From the human T2T-CHM13v2.0 reference genome, Homo sapiens, in assembly GCF_009914755.1 (NCBI RefSeq), contig NC_060946.1: 64,000 bases of DNA, one strand, 5' to 3'. A program made the position numbers and the translations under genes. This document shows positions 48,785-62,151 of the stretch, one piece after another (position 1 is the first letter of the stretch; every line of letters begins with the position of its first letter). Below the pieces are notes generated by a model, which did not search any database, was not told the origin of the DNA, and was given only the letters and a program-made list of their open reading frames with translations.

Positions 48785-49604
48785 GTACCTCCTGTCTTCT
48801 TGTCTCCATCCTTTCTCCTCCCTCCCCGCCTCCTCCTCCCCCGTCTCCCCCCCTCCCCCTCTGCACTCGGCAGGCCTCCGAAGTAGGTCAGGCTAGGCAG
48901 GAGCCCGCTCGGAATGTTAATACGCTGCCGCCAGGAGGGGGTAGGGGGCCTGGAGCAGTTCCCCCAGCTGGCCCCTGCTCCAGTGGGTGCCCCTTTTTCT
49001 TTGGGGCTTTGAGTGTTGGTGGTGGGAATAACAGCAGGACCCTTCTTGGAAAAGGAAAGTCAGGGTTCCTCCTGTTGCAGGGTTGGGGAAGGGGCTATGC
49101 CCCCAGGGCCAGGGAAGGGGGGAGCTGGGGACACGCTCAGCCACTCTGTGACCTAGGGCATGCAAGTTACCCCTCTGAGCCTCTGTTTTTCTCTCTGCAA
49201 AAGAGAGGGCCTGGCCACCCTGACCTCTTAGAGTTGCTGTGAGGGTGTAGTGGGCAGATCCTGGCTCTCTTTGCCTCCTCTGATCCCCTGTGTGGTCTCG
49301 GGCTGCCTTCTTGGCCTTTCTGGGCACACTTCCCCATTTATACAGGAAATCACCATCCAACCTAGCCTGAGCTACTCCAGCCAGAAGTGGGAGTGTCCTG
49401 GGGTGCTAGGGGAGGCCTGGGTCTTTTCTCCACTAAAGACTCATGTCTGCGGAGCTCTCCCTCTGGCCCCCCACTTTCCCTCTTCTCTCCTCACAACACC
49501 TGGGGAGGCAGGAGTGTGCAGCTTTGTCACAGGTGGAGAAACTGAGGCTTAGAGAGACCTCAAGAGCGCAGCCAGTGCTCCACTCAACCCGCCAGGCCAC
49601 GCTG

Positions 49605-49655
49605 CCCCAGCCAGCTCACCCCAGCCAGCTCACCCCAGCCAGCTCACCCCAGCTC
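49605..49655. repeat. 14-bp tandem repeat CCCCAGCCAGCTCA x3 plus a partial copy
   Basis: Copies start at 49605, 49619 and 49633; partial at 49647. Confidence 0.9.
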
Positions 49656-50214
49656 CCCTTACCTGATACCCATCAGCTCCGTTACCTTGGAACTTGTGAG
49701 GCTTTTCTCCCTTTCCTGGGTCTAAGGGAGAACTTGGGCGAGGGAGGAGGGCTGTGATGACCCACCAGGCAGAGGGACCCACTTGCCTCTGCTCCAAGAA
49801 GCCACTCTTCCTCCCCCGCTCCTGTGCTGTGGACACCTAGGCCTGGGCTGGATCCCTCTCTGCCTCAAAATGTGCCTTGGGCAGATGACGTCCATTGTCT
49901 CCCCCTAGCAGTGGGTGGGATGATGCCAGCTGGCCTCATACCAGGCGTCTGTGGCACCGCTGGGCTGGCAGGAGGCCCTGGCAGAAGATGCCACCTGCAG
50001 GTTCTTTTAAAGGACCCCAAATGGCTGGCCTGCCTGGGACCCGTGGCCCCAGGACTTCCAGTGTCGGGGGTGGCCACCCTCACCAAAGGCAGTCCTAAGA
50101 ACTTAGGCAAATCCAGCCCTGCCCCTTTCTGGCTGTGTGGCCTTGGGCAGGTGATTTCCCCTCTCTGAGCCTCTGCATCCTCATTGTAAAGTGGGGCTGT
50201 TGTGCCTAGCATGA

Positions 50215-53875
<3,661 letters not shown>

Positions 53876-54113
53876 CATGCAGAAACGAATTCAAGCAGAC
53901 CCGGGAGCACCCCCACCCATCCATGCCCCTCCGCTGCTTCGTGCCAGGTTTAAGGCTCTTTGCTGGGCTGGTGGTGCAGAGGGAATTCTGGGGAGGTTGC
54001 CAGGCAGGGCTGAGCCTCCTGGCACCCCGAGGAGCTGGCCTCTGCACCCAGCTTGAGGGATGGGGGAGGAAGTTGGCTGAGGTGGGGGGCTCAAGGCGCT
54101 GCCTTGCCCACAG

Positions 54114-54327
54114 TGGAGCTCAAGATCGAGGTGGTGCTGCCTGAGAAGGAGCGAGGCAAGGAGGAGCTGTCGGCCAGTGGGAAGGGCAGCCCCCGGGCCT
54201 ACCAGGGCAATGGCACGGCCCGCCACTTCCACACGGAGGAGCGCCTGTCCACCCCTCACCCCTACCCCAGCCCTCAGGATTGCGTGGAGGCTGCTGTCTG
54301 CCACGTCAAGGACCTCGAGAATGGCCA
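54114..54327 (+). CDS. AIFM3: AIFM3 exon 3
   Basis: cccacag|TGGAG...GGCCA|gtgggt; VELKIEVVLPEKERG...VCHVKDLENGQ. Confidence 0.93.
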
Positions 54328-54564
54328 GTGGGTTCTGGGCTTGCCTGGGAGCGGGGATCAGGGGTCCCAAGGTGGGAGGGTGAGGGGGCCATAGCCGGGG
54401 GTCGGGGTTGGCCTGAAGGGGCTATGACCAGCTGCTGCCCTGGTCACTGCCTTTGTGGCTTCTACCGGTCTGGGCCTGCTCCCCAGAAGGCTGGACACTG
54501 GGAGGAGCTGCCAGGAGGTTGTGCCTGGTGTCTGGCCTGACCTCTGAGTGCTGCGGTTCCCCAG

Positions 54565-54674
54565 GATGCGGGAAGTGGAGCTGGGCTGGGGGAAGGTGTT
54601 GCTGGTGAAGGACAATGGGGAGTTCCACGCCCTGGGCCATAAGTGTCCGCACTACGGCGCACCCCTGGTGAAAG
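54565..54674 (+). CDS. AIFM3: AIFM3 exon 4 (Rieske box 1, C109-x-H111)
   Basis: ccccag|GATG...AAAG|gtgagc; MREVELGWGKVLLVKDNGEFHALGHKCPHYGAPLVK. Confidence 0.95.
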
Positions 54675-54869
54675 GTGAGCTGTCAGGTGGGAGGCGTGAG
54701 GGGGACCTTCCAGGCCCCATGCCAGCTTGGCTCCTCCCCAGACCCCAGGATCTTCATCTATTAGTGAAGTCTCCTGGGCTGTGGGGAGGGGCCCGCAGTT
54801 GCCGGGGCACTGAGATCCTTGGGAAGCAACCCCTGCTGGTGGGCGCAGCCTAACACCTCCCCTTCCCAG

Positions 54870-54979
54870 GCGTTCTGTCCCGTGGTCGGGTGCGCTGCCC
54901 CTGGCACGGCGCCTGCTTCAACATCAGCACTGGGGACCTGGAGGACTTCCCTGGCCTGGACAGTCTACACAAGTTCCAG
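54870..54979 (+). CDS. AIFM3: AIFM3 exon 5 (Rieske box 2, C128-xx-H131)
   Basis: cttcccag|GC...CAG|gtgggg; GVLSRGRVRCPWHGACFNISTGDLEDFPGLDSLHKFQ. Confidence 0.95.
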
Positions 54980-55058
54980 GTGGGGCCAGGAGTGCGATGG
55001 GGTGGGAACCTGGGGGTGTGGGGTTCGGGGCTGGTCCTGAGCAATGCAGCCCTTGCAG

Positions 55059-55103
55059 GTGAAGATTGAGAAGGAGAAGGTGTACGTCCGGGCCAGCAAG
55101 CAG
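55059..55103 (+). CDS. AIFM3: AIFM3 exon 6
   Basis: cttgcag|GTG...CAG|gtgagg; VKIEKEKVYVRASKQ. Confidence 0.93.
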
Positions 55104-55331
55104 GTGAGGGGATAGCTCGGGGCTCAGGCAGAAGGGAGGAGCCGGGAGGGCATCTTGGCCCAGAGAATGCCATGTGCAAAGCCCTGTGGTGGGAGGAGCT
55201 TGGCACGTGTCACTGGAGCAGAGTGAGGGGTTGCGGTAGGGATGAGGCTGGGCTGGAGCGCCAGGACCTGCCTGCCAGGATGATGGCATGCAGAGGATGG
55301 CAGTGACCCTCCACCCTCCTGGCACCCACAG

Positions 55332-55428
55332 GCCCTACAGCTGCAGCGAAGGACCAAGGTGATGGCCAAGTGTATCTCTCCAAGTGCTGGGTACAGCAGT
55401 AGCACCAATGTGCTCATTGTGGGTGCAG
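55332..55428 (+). CDS. AIFM3: AIFM3 exon 7
   Basis: cccacag|GCC...GCAG|gttggt; [32 protein letters not shown] (start of the FAD Rossmann motif). Confidence 0.92.
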
Positions 55429-55510
55429 GTTGGTAGTGGGGTCATGAGGGGCAGGGTGGGAGATGGGATTGGTGAGAAGTGGTTCCTGGCCCACGGGCCC
55501 CTCCCCTCAG

Positions 55511-55623
55511 GTGCAGCTGGCCTGGTGTGTGCAGAGACACTGCGGCAGGAGGGCTTCTCCGACCGGATCGTCCTGTGCACGCTAGACCGGCACCTTCCCT
55601 ACGACCGTCCCAAGCTCAGCAAG
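55511..55623 (+). CDS. AIFM3: AIFM3 exon 8
   Basis: cccctcag|GT...AAG|gtacag; [38 protein letters not shown] (PYxRPxLSK ferredoxin-reductase motif). Confidence 0.95.
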
Positions 55624-55769
55624 GTACAGGGGGTGGGGCAAGTAGGGACCCTATCCCTCTGGGTCCCAGTTAAGCCCACTTCAAGCCTTGCTTGTCACCC
55701 CATTGGGGTCTGGCCGGCTGCCCTCCCTGCTTATGCCAGGCCTGTCCGTGGTACCCCCAAAAGATCTAG

Positions 55770-56376
55770 ATTTGTTGTTGTTGTTTTGAGACAGGGTCTC
55801 ACTCTGTCGCCCAGGCTGGGATGCAGTGGCGCCTTCTCGGCTCACTGCAACTTCCACCTCCTGGGTTCAAGCGATTCTCATGCTTCAGCCTTCCGAGTAG
55901 CTGGGATTACAGGTGTGCACCACCACCATGCCTGGCTAATTTTTTGTATTTTTAGTAGAGATGGGGTTTCACCATGTTGCCCAGACCAGTCTTGAACTCC
56001 TGAGCTCAGCCCATCCGCCCACCTCAGCCTCCCAAGGTGCTAGGATTACAGGTGTGAGCCACTGCACCTGGCTTTTCTTTTTTTGAGACAGAGTCTTGCT
56101 CTGTCACTCAGGCTGGAGAGCAGTGCCTGTCTCACGGCTCACTGCAGCGTCGACCTCCACCTCCCGGGCTCAAACGATCCTCCCACCTCTGCCTCCCGGG
56201 TAGCTAGGACTACAGGCGCGCACCACCATGCCTGGCTAATATTTTGTATTTTTTGTAGAAATGAGGTCATTTTTGTCATGCTGCCCAGGCTGGTCTTGAA
56301 CTCCTGGTTCAAGCGATCCTCCTGTCTCAGCCTCCCAAAGTGTTGGGATCACAGGCATGAGTCACTGCGCCTGGCC
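55770..56376 (-). mobile_element. Two tandem antisense Alus in AIFM3 intron 8
   Basis: Reverse Alu consensus twice, flanked by agatct(a/g)g. Confidence 0.92.
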
Positions 56377-56498
56377 AGATCTGGGTTTGCTGAGTTCTGT
56401 CCTGCAGCCCCTATGTGACTGGGGCTGGCCCCACCTTCCCTGGGCCCCAGTGTCTTCTGCTGTAAACTGGCTCCTCTCAAGCTGGCTCTCCCCTGCAG

Positions 56499-56585
56499 TC
56501 CCTGGACACACAGCCTGAGCAGCTGGCCCTGAGGCCCAAGGAGTTTTTCCGAGCCTATGGCATCGAGGTGCTCACCGAGGCTCAG
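56499..56585 (+). CDS. AIFM3: AIFM3 exon 9
   Basis: ccctgcag|TCC...CAG|gtacag; SLDTQPEQLALRPKEFFRAYGIEVLTEAQ. Confidence 0.93.
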
Positions 56586-57021
56586 GTACAGGGTCAAGGG
56601 TGGGAAACAGGCCCGAGGAGGGAAGGTGGGAACCGTGAGGTTGTGTGGGCCCCTGGGGTGGGGTCTTGGTGCTCTACCTTCCTGGCCCCACAGCCCAGGC
56701 ACCTGGGAGGTGCTCCAGGCTTGGGAGACAGCAAGGAGCTTTTTCCTGATGGGTCATAGGCACACACAGAGCCCCACGGTGTGCGGAGATGAACGATCAG
56801 GGCTGGATAGGAGATACTGGTGGGACTTGGGAGGGTAAGGAGAGGTTTGAGGGGAAGGTGATGTCTGAAGCGTAAAGAATGAAGCCCAGGTGGCAGGATC
56901 TGTTTTAATGGGAGCTTCTCAGAGGCTGTGGCTGGGCTGTGGGTGTACTGCAGGACCGGGGAGTGGGCGGCGAGGCCCAGCCCCATGCCCAAGCTCATGC
57001 TCTGCCTGGTGGGGATTGCAG

Positions 57022-57113
57022 GTGGTCACAGTGGACGTGAGAACTAAGAAGGTCGTGTTCAAGGATGGCTTCAAGCTGGAGTACAGCAAGCTGCTGCTGG
57101 CACCAGGGAGCAG
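57022..57113 (+). CDS. AIFM3: AIFM3 exon 10
   Basis: ttgcag|GTG...AG|gtggga; VVTVDVRTKKVVFKDGFKLEYSKLLLAPGS. Confidence 0.94.
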
Positions 57114-57214
57114 GTGGGAGGGTCTCCTTTTTACCCATCGGACACTAGGCAGGGCACTGGCCTGGACGGGGCTGGGGCTGCCAGGAGGCCCTCACTGACA
57201 CGGCCATGTCTCAG

Positions 57215-57345
57215 CCCCAAGACTCTGAGCTGCAAAGGCAAAGAAGTGGAGAACGTGTTCACTATCCGGACGCCAGAGGATGCCAATCGCGTGGTGAGGC
57301 TGGCCCGAGGCCGCAACGTGGTCGTCGTGGGAGCCGGCTTCCTGG
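57215..57345 (+). CDS. AIFM3: AIFM3 exon 11
   Basis: tctcag|CCCC...CTGG|gtgaga; PKTLSCKGKEVENVFTIRTPEDANRVVRLARGRNVVVVGAGFL (NADH Rossmann motif). Confidence 0.95.
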
Positions 57346-57457
57346 GTGAGAGGTAGTGGGCAGTGGAGATGGTGGTCAGGTCGTCATGGCCAGTCCCAGG
57401 GAAGTTCTGGTCGAGGAAGGTGCAGGTGCCAGCCTGCCACCCCCTGCCCATCACCAG

Positions 57458-57573
57458 GGATGGAGGTGGCCGCTTACCTGACGGAGAAGGCCCACTCTGT
57501 GTCTGTGGTGGAGCTGGAGGAGACGCCCTTCAGGAGGTTCCTGGGGGAGCGCGTGGGTCGTGCCCTCATGAAG
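57458..57573 (+). CDS. AIFM3: AIFM3 exon 12
   Basis: tcaccag|GG...AAG|gtgagc; GMEVAAYLTEKAHSVSVVELEETPFRRFLGERVGRALMK. Confidence 0.95.
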
Positions 57574-57673
57574 GTGAGCCCACCCCAGCACCCAGTGCCT
57601 TGGAGCCCTGGGGCCCAGCCCGGCCCCTGGCTGGGCTCTCATCCACCGCCCACCTGCCCACTTGCCCTGACAG

Positions 57674-57745
57674 ATGTTTGAGAACAACCGGGTGAAGTTC
57701 TACATGCAGACGGAGGTGTCTGAGCTGCGGGGCCAGGAGGGAAAG
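57674..57745 (+). CDS. AIFM3: AIFM3 exon 13
   Basis: tgacag|ATG...AAG|gtgggc; MFENNRVKFYMQTEVSELRGQEGK. Confidence 0.93.
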
Positions 57746-57838
57746 GTGGGCCCTTCTCCCTTCTCCCTGCTGCTTTCTGTCCTCTGTCCCCTGAGCCTGG
57801 GAGCTGGGTCCACCTGTTTATCCACCCACTCCCCACAG

Positions 57839-57902
57839 CTGAAGGAGGTTGTGCTGAAGAGCAGCAAGGTCGTGCGGGCTGACGTCTGCGTGGTGGGCAT
57901 TG
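57839..57902 (+). CDS. AIFM3: AIFM3 exon 14
   Basis: cccacag|CTG...ATTG|gtgagt; LKEVVLKSSKVVRADVCVVGI. Confidence 0.94.
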
Positions 57903-58506
57903 GTGAGTTGGTGTGTGGGCAGGCAGGCACAAAGCAGCCCAGCCGTCTGCACATGCTCACATGTGACCTTGGGCTAGTCCCTTCCCCTCCCAGAGCCTCA
58001 GTTTCCACCACATCTGTCAAATGGGAACCCCCAACCGCCCCCACTTTACGGAGCTGTTGGGGAAGGTATGTACCGGGCTCAGCCCAGGCCTGGCACAGTG
58101 GATGCTCCCAGTGCCCGCTGCCCAGTAACACTCATCTCCATGCCCTGCGAGAGTTGACATAGACGAGACTCGAACTGGCTCCTGCTCCAGCTGAAGTGCC
58201 AATTTGGGTAGGGGCCAAGATGGGAGGTGGTAGCACCTGCAGGGGCTGAGGAGGTATGGCATGCTGTCCCTCCACTTAAGGGCCTCATGGAGCACTTCTT
58301 GGAGAAGGTGATATCTGAGGTCTTGCGGGAGGCACCGGGTCTGTGGGAGACCGGGTAGTGGGGACCAGGGTGCATGAAGGCCTCAGGTAGACAGCCCCTG
58401 GAGGATCAGTCTGGGGCTGGCACATCAAGCGCATGCTGTAGGGTGTGGAGAGTGACTACGCAGAAGGGAGGGACAGGGGAGTGGACACAGGCTTCCGTCC
58501 TGTCAG

Positions 58507-58583
58507 GTGCAGTGCCCGCCACAGGCTTCCTGAGGCAAAGCGGCATCGGTTTGGATTCCCGAGGCTTCATCCCTGTCAACAAG
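58507..58583 (+). CDS. AIFM3: AIFM3 exon 15
   Basis: ctgtcag|GT...AAG|gtgggg; GAVPATGFLRQSGIGLDSRGFIPVNK. Confidence 0.94.
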
Positions 58584-58694
58584 GTGGGGTGGATGGCACT
58601 GGGTGGGGAGGACCCGGTGCTGGGCTGGGAGTGGCAGGAGGTTCAGGTCAGGGCCCCTGTCACACCCATGGAGCTCTGGGCCCTCTCTCTACAG

Positions 58695-58812
58695 ATGATG
58701 CAGACCAATGTCCCAGGCGTGTTTGCAGCTGGCGATGCTGTCACCTTCCCCCTTGCCTGGAGGAACAACCGCAAAGTGAACATTCCACATTGGCAGATGG
58801 CTCATGCTCAGG
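58695..58812 (+). CDS. AIFM3: AIFM3 exon 16
   Basis: ctctctacag|ATG...CAGG|gtatgg; MMQTNVPGVFAAGDAVTFPLAWRNNRKVNIPHWQMAHAQ (TxxxxVFAxGD FAD motif). Confidence 0.95.
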
Positions 58813-60080
58813 GTATGGCCAGTCCCGAGGCACATGGAGGGGTGGGAGGGAGTCTCAGGGTCTCAGTGTCCCCATGCCCATGCCTCAGTTGCTGACCTTG
58901 GGTCCTGGACACTGTGTTAGGCATCAAAACTCTGATGTGGATTCTCTGGCCAGCCTCATCCCAGCGATCCAGCCAACACAGAGAGCGACACCCCACTGAG
59001 CCAGCCATAGCTCCTCAATCTCAGTTTTCCTTCTGGTAGTCTCTCCCTTTTTTGTCTTCAAGGACATATATTCTGCAGAATTCCTGATCAACCTGTGCAG
59101 TTACCCTGGGGAGGGAGGGAGGGATTTAGTGGATCACCTTCCCATTTATGCCTCTGTTTCCCTTGGGCCACTCAAGTATCTCTGTGAACTCAGTTCAGCC
59201 TCATGCAGGTCCCCGAGGTGCCATCTGAGCCCAGAGACGTGGGCTCAGTGGAGGCACTGTGCTTTCTGAGGAATAGCTTTCCCCTCCTGATGTTTGCTGG
59301 CCACCAAGTCCCCCAAGCCTCATCCACTGTGCACATCTGGTCTGGGCCCCTAAGCTGCAGGTGCCATCACATTAGTTGCCTCACTGCCTCAGAGAGAGGA
59401 CTGCCAGACTCCCAGCCTGGGACAAAGGACTTCTCTGCACCCATCTCCCCTTTCCTCTGCCTTTACACCTGAGGGTCTGCTGCTTGAAACCCCACTTCTG
59501 GTACCAATTTCTATTCAAGTCCAAAGTCGAAAGTTGTTGCTAGGTTGTAAGTAACCAAGGCAACTTATCAGCCAAGTATAATTAGGATTTAACTGAGAGA
59601 GTTTAGGGGACTTTGAAGTACATCCAACTACAGGGGTCTACTGGGGCCTCATAGGAACTGGGGAGCCATCCACACTGGTCTCTTTGGGGCCTTGTGTGTG
59701 GCTGTCATCTGTGCTTCCCTGTGTACTTGTGCCCCATTTTCCTCCCTCTTCAGACCTGATACGTCTGATTAGGTGTCTGTGTGCACAGCTGAAATGGTGG
59801 CGTACTCCCCCAACCCCAAGAAGCAGACCTTCCAGAGTCAGGGCACTTTATTCAGATTCTTTAAGGAAGCAATCAAGTGGCTAGCTTTGAGGCAGGTGTT
59901 CCCCTGCACCAGTCAGCTGCAGGTGCAAGTGAGCAGTGGGCTGAACAATGATGTCTCTTGACCTCTGGGGAGACCAGGAGGAGTAGCCACACGTGTCAGG
60001 GGTCCCCAGGGCATCAGGAGCAGGTAGTGTGGGAGTGGTAAGAGCGAGAGTTAGGGTTCTCACGGCCCTGGGTCCCGCAG

Positions 60081-60179
60081 GGCGCGTGGCAGCCCAGAAC
60101 ATGTTGGCGCAGGAGGCGGAGATGAGCACTGTGCCCTACCTCTGGACCGCCATGTTTGGCAAGAGCCTGCGCTACGCGG
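60081..60179 (+). CDS. AIFM3: AIFM3 exon 17
   Basis: cccgcag|GG...GCGG|gtaacc; GRVAAQNMLAQEAEMSTVPYLWTAMFGKSLRYA. Confidence 0.94.
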
Positions 60180-60436
60180 GTAACCCCGGGGCCTCGGATG
60201 GGGGCGGGGCCGAGGGCGTTTAGGGGCGGGGCTTGGGTGTGGGGCGGGGCTGGGAGCCTAGGGGCAGGGCTATGACCGCACTAGGAAGAGGCCGGTAAGA
60301 ACTCGCTGGCGGCAAGGCTACGAACTACCTAAAAGGACGTATGGAGCAGGGCCTGGGCGGGGTTAGGAGGGGATCCTGTGACGTCTCGTTCCCTCCCCCG
60401 GCTCACGTGGGTGCCACCCACCTGCCCGGCCCACAG

Positions 60437-60512
60437 GCTACGGAGAAGGCTTCGACGACGTCATCATCCAGGGGGATCTGGAGGAGCTGAAGTTTGTGGC
60501 TTTTTACACTAA
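60437..60512 (+). CDS. AIFM3: AIFM3 exon 18
   Basis: cccacag|GC...AA|gtgaga; GYGEGFDDVIIQGDLEELKFVAFYT. Confidence 0.94.
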
Positions 60513-60829
60513 GTGAGAGCACCGGGGTGCAGCTTGGCGCGAAGCAGCGGGAGCTCAGTCGGGAAGGGGGATTCATCCCAGGCAAAATCCCAGAACAAGA
60601 GCCCAGCCCTGAGCCCCGCTGAGGAGTGCTGGAGCTTCCTTAGGAAAGCCCGAAGCTTGTGCACGGTCAAGCCGCGATGTGCAAAGCAGGGAGGGCTGGG
60701 TGCTCAGGCCATTCTTGTTGCCCTGGGGTAGGTCCTTCCCTGGGCCCCAGATGGACAGCAGTGCATCAGGGTTTTCAAAAAGGGGCTGCTGCCTCGCAGT
60801 CCTCAGGCTTGGCCATCCTCTCCTTGCAG

Positions 60830-60934
60830 AGGCGACGAGGTGATCGCCGTGGCCAGCATGAACTACGATCCCATTGTGTCCAAGGTCGCTGAGGTGCTGG
60901 CCTCAGGCCGTGCCATCCGGAAGCGGGAGGTGGA
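60830..60934 (+). CDS. AIFM3: AIFM3 exon 19
   Basis: ccttgcag|AGGC...GGA|gtgagt; KGDEVIAVASMNYDPIVSKVAEVLASGRAIRKREV. Confidence 0.94.
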
Positions 60935-61556
60935 GTGAGTGTGGGTGTGGGAAGCCTGGGGGTGGGAGTAGTTCCCTGGAGTACTGGCTAAGGTGCCTAT
61001 GACAGCCAGCCGCCCCCACAACCCTCCAGGGCCTTTCCCCTCTTGGTTTGCATCGCCTGAGGCTTACAGGACTACAGGGAGGTGTGGGGCAAGGATCATG
61101 GTTTGAGAGCAGGCTGGTTATGTGTTCATGGTGGATGGAAGGGATAGAGATGTGTGTCCCCAGGCAGGGCCAGTGCTGTGGGAAGGGGTCAGGGCCCAAT
61201 GCATGGGCAATCACCAGGCGTGGGACACCTAACTGGACATAGTTGTGCTGAGCCTGGCAGAAGCTAGGTGGGAAATGCAGCTACTGATGCCCTGGGTATG
61301 CCCTCCACATAGATGGTGGGGGTGGTTCTAGGTTTCACTCAACACCAGCCAGTTCCCTTATCCTGGTGTGGTGTCAATGAGATTCACCCTCTGCGAGAGA
61401 GCTCCCAGGGACTGGGGACAGCCTGGAGGCCACTGGGAGGCTATGAGACAGGGGCAGGCTTCAGGCTGGAAACAATGGAGGACCAGAAGGGGACATGATA
61501 AATGACATGCTCTCTCCTTGGCCTTCTCTCCGTTTCTCTCTCTTGCCTTCGTGAAG

Positions 61557-61577
61557 GCTGTTTGTGCTGCACAGCAA
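61557..61577 (+). CDS. AIFM3: AIFM3 exon 20 (21-nt frame-preserving microexon, (E)LFVLHS(K))
   Basis: Long polypyrimidine tract, gaag|GCTG...CAA|gtacgt. Including it brings the CDS to exactly 605 codons + stop. Confidence 0.85.
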
Positions 61578-61801
61578 GTACGTGTGTCCTTCATGTTGAC
61601 CGTTCTGAGCCTTTCCCATGTCAGCCCAGACCCTCCACCCAATGGTCTTATCTCCCTCTGTCCAAGTACACCTCCCTGCTGGGCACTAGGGTCTGGCACA
61701 GAACAGACCCCCTGCTGTCCTCAAGGGCCAGCTGTTCAGGGTGCCCAGAGTGGAGAGCCTGTTTTCTTCTGTCTTGACCCCTCCTCCCCTCACTCCTGCA
61801 G

Positions 61802-61841
61802 GACTGGCGACATGTCCTGGCTTACGGGGAAAGGATCCTGA
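61802..61841 (+). CDS. AIFM3: AIFM3 last exon coding part (TGDMSWLTGKGS*)
   Basis: ctcctgcag|GACT...TCC TGA; 3'UTR runs to about 62170. Confidence 0.93.
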
Positions 61842-62145
61842 GCTCACATGCAGTAGACTTGGGCAGGCAAAGGGGGCACCAAGGGCACAGGCCAAGCCTT
61901 GGGGGCAGGTGCCAATCTCCAGTCCCAGGATCCCCCAGGGCAGAACCTGAGCCCTCCCAGTGCTTGCCTTCAGCCACCTGGCTCCCCTCCTGGGAGGCCT
62001 CTGCTGGATCCAGAAGATGCTCAACCCTCAAGGCCTCTGCTGCCACTGACAGCTGGCACTGGAGGCAGGACAAGCCCTGCCTCTTCTCCCTCTATTGGGA
62101 CTGGTCCCCTGAAGAACCCTGCAACATGTTAGACATTACCGTAAA

Positions 62146-62151
62146 ATTAAA
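62146..62151 (+). terminator. AIFM3 polyadenylation signal (variant ATTAAA)
   Basis: The only common PAS hexamer I found after the stop, about 305 nt downstream. Confidence 0.7.

Noticed and set aside
59000-59950. Possible MaLR/LTR remnant in AIFM3 intron 16 (cttctggtaccaatttct)
   Set aside because: Only a short resemblance; family and boundaries cannot be supported without RepeatMasker.
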